Position numbers and translations under genes: made by a program. Shown one piece after another: positions 34,933-42,719 of a stretch of 64,000 nt of DNA. Every line of letters starts with the position of its first letter. Position 1 is the stretch's first letter. The notes under the pieces were generated by a model. That model was not told the origin of the DNA. It ran no database searches and saw only the letters and a list, made by a program, of their open reading frames with translations. This DNA is from Rugosimonospora sp. GTDB taxonomy: Bacteria; Actinomycetota; Actinomycetes; Mycobacteriales; Micromonosporaceae. Where the stretch lies: the NCBI GenBank assembly GCA_036494675.1, contig DASXOA010000078.1, positions 797 through 64,796 on the forward strand. Direction: 5' to 3'.

Positions 34933-36165
34933 TCACGCCTGGATGGTCGTGATCCGGGTGAACTCGCGCAACAGGTCGTACCCGTCCCAGGTTCCGGCGA
35001 AGGTCAGCGCGGAGCCGAACGGGACGATGCGGTCGACCCCGCGCCCGGCGACCGCGGTGACGAAGTCGTCGAGTTCGGCCATGGAGAAGCCGAACTGGGC
35101 GAAGGTCTGGTCCTTGCGCCGGATCGTCGGTACCAGTTCGGTGAGCGACCCGACCGTCAGGTGGCAGATGGTGCCGGCTCCCAGCCACCGTTGCGGTACG
35201 GCGTCCAGATCGGCCAGGTCGACGCTGGCCACGGCGTTGCCGGCGAAGGTGACCCGGCGGGCCGCACCGGTAGCGGCCAGCCCATAGGTGGCCACCCGCT
35301 TCTCCACCGCCATCGCGGCGTCGACGCCCCAGCCGCGCTCGGCGACGACCTCGTCGAGCAGCGCCATGAACTCCGACCGGACCTCGGCGACATCGGCCGC
35401 GTCCCCGACCCAGAACAGGTTGCGGGGCGAGGAGCAGGCGGCCTGGTCGAACCAGAAGATGTCGTTGGCGAAGCCGTCGACCGCGGCACGGCGGGCCTGG
35501 GCCCCGGTCGCCCGCCAGCCGTCGACCGACACCGCCGCGAACGAGGACCGGTCGGGGAACGGCAGGTCGCGCGCCAACGGCGGCAGCGGGTGCCGGCGGA
35601 TCTGGGTCACCGACTCGTCCCCGCCCCAGATGACGCGCAGGTCGCAGGCCGCCGACAGAGCCGCCGTCGTCGCGTCGTCCCGCTCGTACGTGATCATGCG
35701 CTGGGTCTGCGCGACCACGGGGTCGGACTCGGCCAGGACGTCGTTCAGGGCCGACAGCACGCTGCTCGCGGCGCCCGCCGACCGGGGCGAGACCCGGACG
35801 ATGTTGCGGTTGCCGGCCAGCGCCGACAGCGCCCAGGAGTACACGAAGATGGTATCGACGTTCGCCGGCGGGAAGTGCAGCACCAGGCCGCGGGGTGCCC
35901 GGCGGCTGCCGCCCGCCCCGTCGTACAGGCGCTCGACCGCCCGGGCGATCTCACCGCGACGCAGGAAGAAGCCCAGCGAGCCCAACTCCGGGTACCGGCG
36001 GGCCAGGTCGGGTCGCAGCAACCGCCGGGAGAACGCGGTGAGGAATTCACGGATCCGCTCGTCGCCGACCGTCAGCCGGCCGCCGGCCGGCTCCTCCCCC
36101 AACTCCTTGAGCAGACCTTCGACGGTCGTGTCCGACCCTGCGGGGAACCGCACCGCCACGCTCAC
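34933..36165 (-). CDS. LuxC-family acyl-CoA/acyl-protein reductase-like protein
   Basis: GTG 36165 overlaps the stop codon of the upstream gene (GTGA). 410 aa. Contains ...NRNIVRVSPRS..., RVIWGGDESV, and FDQAACSSPRNLFWV, a putative catalytic Cys in an ALDH-like context. Confidence 0.7.
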   Translation of the reverse strand: MSVAVRFPAGSDTTVEGLLKELGEEPAGGRLTVGDERIREFLTAFSRRLLRPDLARRYPELGSLGFFLRRGEIARAVERLYDGAGGSRRAPRGLVLHFPPANVDTIFVYSWALSALAGNRNIVRVSPRSAGAASSVLSALNDVLAESDPVVAQTQRMITYERDDATTAALSAACDLRVIWGGDESVTQIRRHPLPPLARDLPFPDRSSFAAVSVDGWRATGAQARRAAVDGFANDIFWFDQAACSSPRNLFWVGDAADVAEVRSEFMALLDEVVAERGWGVDAAMAVEKRVATYGLAATGAARRVTFAGNAVASVDLADLDAVPQRWLGAGTICHLTVGSLTELVPTIRRKDQTFAQFGFSMAELDDFVTAVAGRGVDRIVPFGSALTFAGTWDGYDLLREFTRITTIQA

Positions 36166-37229
36166 GCGCCGCCACCTCCGCTGAACGTGTCGCTGCACCC
36201 ACGCGCCTCCGCGCGGGGCAACCGGCCAAGGATGCTGAACCGCTTGCCGGGCCAGGCGCCGTCGTCCACGCCGTGCACGGTGCCCAGGTCCTCGGTCAGC
36301 AGCACGTGCCCGGGGTAGGACTCCGGCAGCGTGCTGACGACCTCGACCAGCCCGGGCCGGCCGGGCGGGAGTTCCTGCCAGGTCTCCGGATCCCGGATGA
36401 TCACGTCGGCGAAGTCGGGGCAGTAGAGCGAGTCGCCCTCCGGCCCTTCCAGGTAGACGACCCCGATCTGCTCGACCATGCCGTAGAAGTTGTGGATCCG
36501 GGTCAGCCCGGTGTCGGCCGCGAAGGCCCGGCGGAACTCGGCGTTGTCCACCGAGCGGTCGACCAGCTTCTTCCATCCGCCGGAGTGGATGAGGAGGCCG
36601 TTGGACAGGTCGAGCCCGTGATCGCGGGCCAGCTCGTACAGGTACAGCCACACCATGAAGGTGAAGCCGAAGATCAGGAAAGGCTGGTCGCCGTGCTTGG
36701 CCAGGAAGCCCCGCACCGCCTCCAGGTCGGGCTCACCGGACTCGTCCAGGGCCCAGACGTGGTCCCGACCGAAGTTGACCATGCCCAGGACGCCGGCACC
36801 CCGCGCGCTGAACGACGTGCGGTTCTTGATCACCGAGGTGGTGTCCACGACCAGCATCGGCAGCCGGCGCGGGCCGAGCACACTCTGGATCGTCCGGGAC
36901 AGCATCCTGGTCTGCGTCGCGGCCGCCTGCCGGTCCAGGTAGATCCGGCTGACGTCGCCGGTGGTACCGCTGGAGGTGAGCACCTTGAAGACGTCCTCGT
37001 CCGGGACGCTCTTGAGTACCTGCGTCTTGAACAGCCGTACCGGCAGCCAGGGCAGGTCGGCCACCGATCCGTACGACCGGCCGGGCCCGTGCCCGATCGC
37101 GGACAGGATGTTGGCGTACGCCGCTCCGCCGGCCCGGTGCCGTTCGGTCAGCTCGACCAGCTCCGGCAGCAGCCGCTCTTCCTTCTGGGCCTGGGACAGC
37201 GTGAAGACGCTCTCGGTCGCGATGGTCAT
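36162..37229 (-). CDS. LuxE-family acyl-protein synthetase-like adenylating enzyme
   Basis: ATG 37229 overlaps the ligase stop codon (ATGA). 355 aa. Contains LTSSGTTGDVSRIYLD, HSGGWKKL and NFYGMVEQ. Confidence 0.7.
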   Translation of the reverse strand: MTIATESVFTLSQAQKEERLLPELVELTERHRAGGAAYANILSAIGHGPGRSYGSVADLPWLPVRLFKTQVLKSVPDEDVFKVLTSSGTTGDVSRIYLDRQAAATQTRMLSRTIQSVLGPRRLPMLVVDTTSVIKNRTSFSARGAGVLGMVNFGRDHVWALDESGEPDLEAVRGFLAKHGDQPFLIFGFTFMVWLYLYELARDHGLDLSNGLLIHSGGWKKLVDRSVDNAEFRRAFAADTGLTRIHNFYGMVEQIGVVYLEGPEGDSLYCPDFADVIIRDPETWQELPPGRPGLVEVVSTLPESYPGHVLLTEDLGTVHGVDDGAWPGKRFSILGRLPRAEARGCSDTFSGGGGA

Positions 37230-38653
37230 CCCGTCTTCTCCGACGCGCGGTTCTCCAACGTACGATAGTCGATCTTGCCGTTGCCCAGCAGCGGCAGCGA
37301 CTCGATGCCGCGCACGTCGAACCCGGTCCGGTGCAGGTTCAACCGGTCCGCGAGCGTGCTCGCGCAGCGCGCCGCCGAGTCGGCCGACGCCCCCTCCAGC
37401 CACACGACGATCTTGTCCTCGCCGTTGACCGCGGCCACGGCGCCGTGCTCGTGCAGCATCGCCTCGATGTCGTCGAGGTTGAGCCGGACCCCGAACACCT
37501 TGCCGAAGCGCTTGAGCCGCCCGCTCAGGAACAGGTACCCGTCCTCGTCCAGGTGGCCCAGGTCGCCGGTCTCCAGCAGGCCGCCCCGCTCGTCGCCGCG
37601 GCCGAGGTCGGCCGAGGTCTCGGCGTACCCCAGCATGACGTTCGGCCCCCGGTAGAGCACCTCGCCGCTGACCCCGGGCTCCGTGGTCTCGGTGCCGTCG
37701 TCCAGGCGCACCGACAGCCGCCCGCCGGGAACCGCCGGGCCGACCGAACCGATCTTCTCGGCGAGCCGCTCGGCCGGCAGCGTGGTGAGCCGCGGCCCGG
37801 CCTCGGTCTGGCCGTACATCACGTACAACCCGCCGCCCACGGCGGCCATCCGCTGCTGGAAGTCGGCGACCCGTTCCGGGCGCAGCCGGCCACCGGCCTG
37901 GGTCAGGGTACGCAGGGTCGGGTGCTTCGCCGGATCGAAGCGCAGCCGGCGGAGCATCTCGTACTGGTACGGGACGCCGGAGAACGACGTGACGCCGTAG
38001 GTGTCGACCGCGTCCCAGAACGGCCGGTGCATCAGGCCGCCCTCCTCCAGCAGCATGGTGGCGCCGCTGGACAGGTGGGTGTTGAGCACCGACATGCCGA
38101 AGCTGTAGAAGAACGGCAGGCTGCTCACCGCGACCTCGGTCGCGTCGATGCGCAGCGCCTCGACGATCGACGCGGTGTTGGCCAGGATCGCGGAGCGCGA
38201 CAGCCGGACCAGCTTCGGATTGCCGGTCGAGCCGGACGTGGCGAGCAGGATCCCCAACTGCGGATCGGGCCGGGTACCGGACGGCGACTCCCGCTGCCAC
38301 AACGGTCCCAGCACCGGGTCGGCGACCCGCCGGTACCCCTTGGGCGCCTCGTCCGGCTCCGGCGCGGCGTCCAACCCGAGGACGAGCGCCGGTTCGAAGC
38401 GGTCGACGAGGTCGGCCAGGATCTGCCCGCTCAACGCCGGATCCAGCAGTGCCACCGGACGGTGCGCCTGCCATGCGCCCAGGTACCGGACCACCGCGGC
38501 CGTCTCGACGGGGATCCGCAGGAACACCGGGCCCGGCAGCCGTTCGGCGTAGGCTCCCGCCGCGGCGGCCACCTCGTCGACCAGCGCGGCCCCGCCCAGC
38601 GTCGCGCCGGTGGCCGCGTCGGTGAGCCGGGCACCGGGGTGCAGCAGCGACAT
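37226..38653 (-). CDS. AMP-dependent synthetase/ligase (ANL adenylating enzyme)
   Basis: ATG 38653 overlaps the SDR stop codon (ATGA). 475 aa. Core motifs: LATSGSTGNPKLV, YGQTE, GDLGHLDEDGYLFLSGRLKR, LLGNGKIDY. Confidence 0.85.
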   Translation of the reverse strand: MSLLHPGARLTDAATGATLGGAALVDEVAAAAGAYAERLPGPVFLRIPVETAAVVRYLGAWQAHRPVALLDPALSGQILADLVDRFEPALVLGLDAAPEPDEAPKGYRRVADPVLGPLWQRESPSGTRPDPQLGILLATSGSTGNPKLVRLSRSAILANTASIVEALRIDATEVAVSSLPFFYSFGMSVLNTHLSSGATMLLEEGGLMHRPFWDAVDTYGVTSFSGVPYQYEMLRRLRFDPAKHPTLRTLTQAGGRLRPERVADFQQRMAAVGGGLYVMYGQTEAGPRLTTLPAERLAEKIGSVGPAVPGGRLSVRLDDGTETTEPGVSGEVLYRGPNVMLGYAETSADLGRGDERGGLLETGDLGHLDEDGYLFLSGRLKRFGKVFGVRLNLDDIEAMLHEHGAVAAVNGEDKIVVWLEGASADSAARCASTLADRLNLHRTGFDVRGIESLPLLGNGKIDYRTLENRASEKTG

Positions 38654-39408
38654 CAGATCACCAGCCCGCCGTCGACCGCGACGACCTGACCGGTGACGAA
38701 CCGCGCCGCGTCGGAGAGGAGGAAGGCGATCACGTCGGCAACGTCCTCGGGCTGCCCGAGCCGGCCGAGCGAGGTCTGCGCGATCCGTGCGGCGCGGCCG
38801 GCGTCGTCGAGCGAGTCGAGCATGTCGGTGCTGATGAAGCCCGGGGCCACCGCGTTGACGCGGATGCCCGCCGGGCCCAACTCCTTCGCCGCGCCCTGGG
38901 CCAGACCGGCGACGGCGGCCTTCGCCGCGCCGTAGAGCACCTGCCCGGACGCGCCCCGGGTGCCCATCACCGACGACACCAGGACCACGGCCGGCGACGT
39001 GCCGCGACGCAGCAACCTGACCGCGGCCTGCAGGGTGTTCGCCGCGCCGACGGCGTTGACCGCGAAGAGCCGTTGCACGCTCGCGTCGGGCATCATCCCG
39101 AGCAGCCCGGCCTCGTGCGTGCCGGCGTTGACGACAAGCGCGTCGAGCCGCCGGCGCCATTCGAAGACCTGGCGCATCATCGCATTGACGTCCGCCGGGT
39201 CGGCCACGTCGCCGTGGAGCACCCGGACCTCGGTGCCGTAGGCGTCGATCAGCTCCTCGGCGGTGCGCTTGGCGGAGCCGTCCTGCACTCCGTGCAGGGC
39301 CAGCGCGTAGCCGTCGGCCGCGAGTCGGTGAGCGGTCGCCCTGCCGATCCCCCGGGAGGACCCGGTGACCAGGGCGACCCTCGACTCATCCGGCGATGTC
39401 GACGTCAT
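38653..39408 (-). CDS. Short-chain dehydrogenase/reductase (FabG-like)
   Basis: VALVTGSSRGIGRA (TGxxxGxG), NAG, YGAAKAAV (YxxxK), and a FVTGQVVAVDGG tail. Confidence 0.9.
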   Translation of the reverse strand: MTSTSPDESRVALVTGSSRGIGRATAHRLAADGYALALHGVQDGSAKRTAEELIDAYGTEVRVLHGDVADPADVNAMMRQVFEWRRRLDALVVNAGTHEAGLLGMMPDASVQRLFAVNAVGAANTLQAAVRLLRRGTSPAVVLVSSVMGTRGASGQVLYGAAKAAVAGLAQGAAKELGPAGIRVNAVAPGFISTDMLDSLDDAGRAARIAQTSLGRLGQPEDVADVIAFLLSDAARFVTGQVVAVDGGLVI

Positions 39409-39631
39409 GCTTTCCCAGAATCTCCACCGCCTTGGTGAACGAACTCATGTCGATCACCTCGTCGGTGTCGATCATGACGTCGAAGGCGTCCTCGATCTCG
39501 GCGATCAGCGCCATGTGCGCCAGCGAGTCCCACTTTTCGATGCCGCGGTATTCCAGCGAATCGACGTCGTAGTCCTCGGAAAGGTCCAGCGCCGTACGGA
39601 ACGCCACACGCAATCGATCGATATTGCTCAT
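39386..39631 (-). CDS. Acyl carrier protein
   Basis: 81 aa from ATG 39631, MSNIDRLRVAFRTALDL...EKWDSLAHMALIAEIEDAF... The DSL motif contains the phosphopantetheine-attachment Ser. Overlaps the SDR start by 23 nt. Confidence 0.8.
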   Translation of the reverse strand: MSNIDRLRVAFRTALDLSEDYDVDSLEYRGIEKWDSLAHMALIAEIEDAFDVMIDTDEVIDMSSFTKAVEILGKHDVDIAG

Positions 39632-39732
39632 GAATTGATCCTCTTCGGGGTCGGGGACCAGCGGGCGGCACTGCAACAGCACGCGAGTGTACCCTTGGCC
39701 GGTCTTCAGGCGGGTAGGAGGGATCGGCCCAG

Positions 39733-40239
39733 GTGCTACGCGAGGCGACCGACGCGGACGTCGACACCATCAGGCAGTGGCGCAATCATCCCAAGGTGCG
39801 GGGCGCCAGCATCATGACCGATTTCATCACTCCCGAGGGCCATGCCCAGTGGTGGGCCAATGTCTCCGCCGATCCCCGTCGCCGGGTGCTGATCTTCGAG
39901 CACGGCGGAGTCCCGTGCGGCGTCGTCACCATCAACGACCACGATCCGGACGCCGGCACCGCCGAGTGGGGCTTCTTCCTCGACGTCGAAGGCCTGCAGG
40001 AACGCGGCACCCTGCTGCCGGCGTGGCTCGAACTGGAGAAGGCCGCGATCGCCTTCGGGTTCGACGAACTGGGACTGACCGCGATGGGTGGCCGGACGCT
40101 GGCCTGGAACAAGCAGGTGCTGGCGCTGCACCGCCGGTTCGGCTTCGTCGAGGTGCCGGAACGCCGGTACGTGACCCAGATCGACGGCGCGGACCAGGAC
40201 GTGCTCTGGACCGAGCTGACCGCCCAGCGCCGCCGTTAG
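39733..40239 (+). CDS. GNAT N-acyltransferase, PseH-like
   Basis: 168 aa. MLREATDADVDTIRQWRNHPKVRGASIMTDFITPEGHAQWW...AEWGFFL...AWNKQVLALHRRFGFVEV resembles aminosugar N-acetyltransferases of the PseH type. Confidence 0.75.
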   Translation: MLREATDADVDTIRQWRNHPKVRGASIMTDFITPEGHAQWWANVSADPRRRVLIFEHGGVPCGVVTINDHDPDAGTAEWGFFLDVEGLQERGTLLPAWLELEKAAIAFGFDELGLTAMGGRTLAWNKQVLALHRRFGFVEVPERRYVTQIDGADQDVLWTELTAQRRR

Positions 40240-40274
40240 CCGTCACCGCGGCTGATCGTCACCGCCGCTGGCCG

Positions 40275-42548
40275 TCAGCCGTCACCGCGCAGCGCCGTTC
40301 CGACCGCCGGCCGGGCGGGTGCCACCTCGGACCGCCCGGCCGCCATCCTCGGCGCCAGGAGGCCGGCGACGGCCAGCAACAGTGCCGGGTACACGGCCAG
40401 GAGCCAGGCGGCCGACAACCCCGGCCGGCCCGCGTGGATGAGGCCGGCCACCACCGCGACACCCAGGGCGTACCACGTCGACGCGCTGCGCCACTGGACC
40501 GCCAGGGCGGCGATCGCGACGAACACGGCAAGGTACAGCACCCGATCGTGCGCGATCGCCCGGAAGTCCGCCGACGCGAGGTGGTTGACCGACCACGGGT
40601 GCCAGATCAGGTCGCCGGCTGCTCCACGTACCCCGAGAATGACCGCACCCACCACGGCGGCGGTGGCGGCCGACGGCGCCCAGGCATTGGCCGGCCGGCG
40701 CAGTACCGCGGCGGCGGCGAGCCAGCCGGCGATGGGCCCGGCGGCGAGCGCGAGACCCTCCACGGACACGGCGCCGGCCAGCGCGATGACCGCCGCGATC
40801 CCCGCCAGCCGGCGCAACCCCGTCCAGTCGGCCGGCCCGTCGCGGGTCGGCAGCAGGGCGAGAAGCACGGTCGCGGCGGCCAGGACCACTGCCCGGCGCC
40901 ACGAATCCAGGGCCGCACCGACCATCGCGCCCGACAGCGCGAGTGTCAGCCCCGCCAGGACACCGGCGCTGGCCCCGAACCGGTCGGCGACCATCACCAC
41001 CAGTTGCACGAAGGCCACCGTCAGCAGGACGAAGGACAGTGCGATCAGTACGCCGCCGGACGGCTTGTCCCGCCGCCACACGACCAGGACGGCGCCGAGG
41101 AAGGTGAGGCCGACCAGCACCCACGCGGCCATCGACACCGCCGGCCGGCCGGCCACCCCGGCCCGCGGCGGGCCCACCGGGTGGTCCGTCGCTCCGGGCC
41201 GCGGCACGCCCGCCGGCCAGGGCATTCCCGCCGGCTGCGCCCGGTCGGCCGGCACCGGCGCGGCTTCCGTCGAGCGCGACGGTGACCGGCGGGGACGCGC
41301 GGCGAAATCGGCGACCACGGCCAGCCCGGCGAGCAGGATCAGCGGCTGGATCGGCACGAAGTACCGGTAGTACGAGGGCCAGACCACCAGCAGGTTGAGC
41401 ACGATGGTCGCCAGCGCGGCACCGACGGTCAGGGCGGTCAGCTCGCTGCGCCACCGCCAGAGCACCGCCACGACCGCCAGTACGACGATCGCCAGCAGTG
41501 CGAGGTCCCCGCGGAGCGTGCCGTAGTCGGCCCGGGCGATGTAGCGCATCCCCCACGGCAGGCTGGCGATCCCGCAGTGGTGCAGGGCGTGGCAGGTCAA
41601 TTGCTGGTACCGGCCGGAGAGGTCGAGCGCCGCGCCACCGAACCAGATCCGGGTCACCACCGACTGGGCGGCCAGGGTGGCGGCGGTGACCCCGACGGCG
41701 ACCAGGGCGAAGCGCCACCACACGTTGGCCCAGCGGCGCTCCCGTGCCGCGACGACCAGCCAGGCCAGCACCACACCGGCGGTCAGCGCGATCCCGAACT
41801 GCCGCACGCACAGCCCGAGTACCAGCGTGACCCCGAACCACAGCAGGTCGCGGCGCTTCGGGACCCGGGCGAGCGGCAGGAACAGCACGCACGCCACGGT
41901 CAGCGCGACGGCCAGCGCCTCGGTCATCGCGTACACGCCGAACCGGGACACCGTCCCCGGGATCAGCAGCAGCAGCCCCGCCAGCAGCCCCCAGTACCGC
42001 CCCCACAGCCGGTGGGCCAGCAGCGCCACCAGGGCGACCGCGACCCCGAAGCTGACGACCGGCACGACCAGCATGCCGTAGGGGCCGAACAGGCCCACGA
42101 ACGGCGAGGACAGCAGCGGGTACAGCGGGCGGGCGCCGACGACCGCCCCGTTCGCGCCGGAGAAGAACCCGTGCTCGTACCCGGCGGGCCAGCACAGCGT
42201 GTCGCACGGCCGCACGCCGTCCATGTTGGCCAGGAAGTCGCGGGTACGGTGCGCGGACTCCGTCTGCGAGTAGCCCAGGTACCGGTACGACCAGGCGAGG
42301 TAGAGCCGGGAATCGGAGATCCACTGGGTACGGGTGACGATGTTGGCCCAGCACACCACCGCGTAGCAGGTGCCGAGCAGCAGCCAGCCCCAGGCCGGTA
42401 CCGCGGCGGTCAGCCGTGCCCACAATGACGCCATGGGGCTCCCGTCGTCCGGTCGTCGTTGCTTCCCGGCGGCCGCCTGTTCAAGGGCCCGGCGATATCC
42501 GCCGCGGTAACCTACCACCGGCGCGGGCCGCGATGTGACCCATCGCAC
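40275..42548 (-). CDS. Two-domain polytopic membrane protein (paralog B2), ArnT/PMT-like N-domain
   Basis: Collinear with B1: WISDSRLYLAWSYRYLGYS, CWPAGYEHGFFSGANGAVVGARPLYPLLSSPFVGLFGPYGMLVVPV, RRDLLWFGVTLVLGLCVRQF, YYRYFVPIQPL. Alternative start ATG at 42434. Confidence 0.7.
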   Translation of the reverse strand: MRWVTSRPAPVVGYRGGYRRALEQAAAGKQRRPDDGSPMASLWARLTAAVPAWGWLLLGTCYAVVCWANIVTRTQWISDSRLYLAWSYRYLGYSQTESAHRTRDFLANMDGVRPCDTLCWPAGYEHGFFSGANGAVVGARPLYPLLSSPFVGLFGPYGMLVVPVVSFGVAVALVALLAHRLWGRYWGLLAGLLLLIPGTVSRFGVYAMTEALAVALTVACVLFLPLARVPKRRDLLWFGVTLVLGLCVRQFGIALTAGVVLAWLVVAARERRWANVWWRFALVAVGVTAATLAAQSVVTRIWFGGAALDLSGRYQQLTCHALHHCGIASLPWGMRYIARADYGTLRGDLALLAIVVLAVVAVLWRWRSELTALTVGAALATIVLNLLVVWPSYYRYFVPIQPLILLAGLAVVADFAARPRRSPSRSTEAAPVPADRAQPAGMPWPAGVPRPGATDHPVGPPRAGVAGRPAVSMAAWVLVGLTFLGAVLVVWRRDKPSGGVLIALSFVLLTVAFVQLVVMVADRFGASAGVLAGLTLALSGAMVGAALDSWRRAVVLAAATVLLALLPTRDGPADWTGLRRLAGIAAVIALAGAVSVEGLALAAGPIAGWLAAAAVLRRPANAWAPSAATAAVVGAVILGVRGAAGDLIWHPWSVNHLASADFRAIAHDRVLYLAVFVAIAALAVQWRSASTWYALGVAVVAGLIHAGRPGLSAAWLLAVYPALLLAVAGLLAPRMAAGRSEVAPARPAVGTALRGDG

Positions 42549-42587
42549 ATGATCGGACGACGATCCTCACCCCTTGGCGGGACGCCT

Positions 42588-42627
42588 CTCCTGCCGCGGG
42601 GAGCCGGTGGCGTGCCCGCGGCAGGAG
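42588..42627 (-). terminator. Perfect 13-bp stem hairpin in the arc-B2 spacer
   Basis: ctcctgccgcggg - 14 nt loop - cccgcggcaggag. Confidence 0.45.
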
Positions 42628-42661
42628 GCCCGCCGCGGGCAGCCGGCCGCCGGACACGCGA

Positions 42662-42696
42662 CAGGAGCGGGACCGCTCGTTGCGGTCCCGCTCCTG
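42662..42696 (-). terminator. Perfect 15-bp stem hairpin 24 nt downstream of the arc stop codon
   Basis: caggagcgggaccgc - tcgtt - gcggtcccgctcctg. No U-tract, which is not unusual in high-GC actinobacteria. Confidence 0.55.
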
Positions 42697-42719
42697 AGAG
42701 GCGTTGCTACATCGGGTTG

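Noticed and set aside
24323-42548. The glycan island as a mobile genomic island.
   Set aside because: I found no integrase, transposase, tRNA attachment site or flanking direct repeats. Composition looks like the rest of the window by eye. I treat it as chromosomal accessory or core envelope genes.
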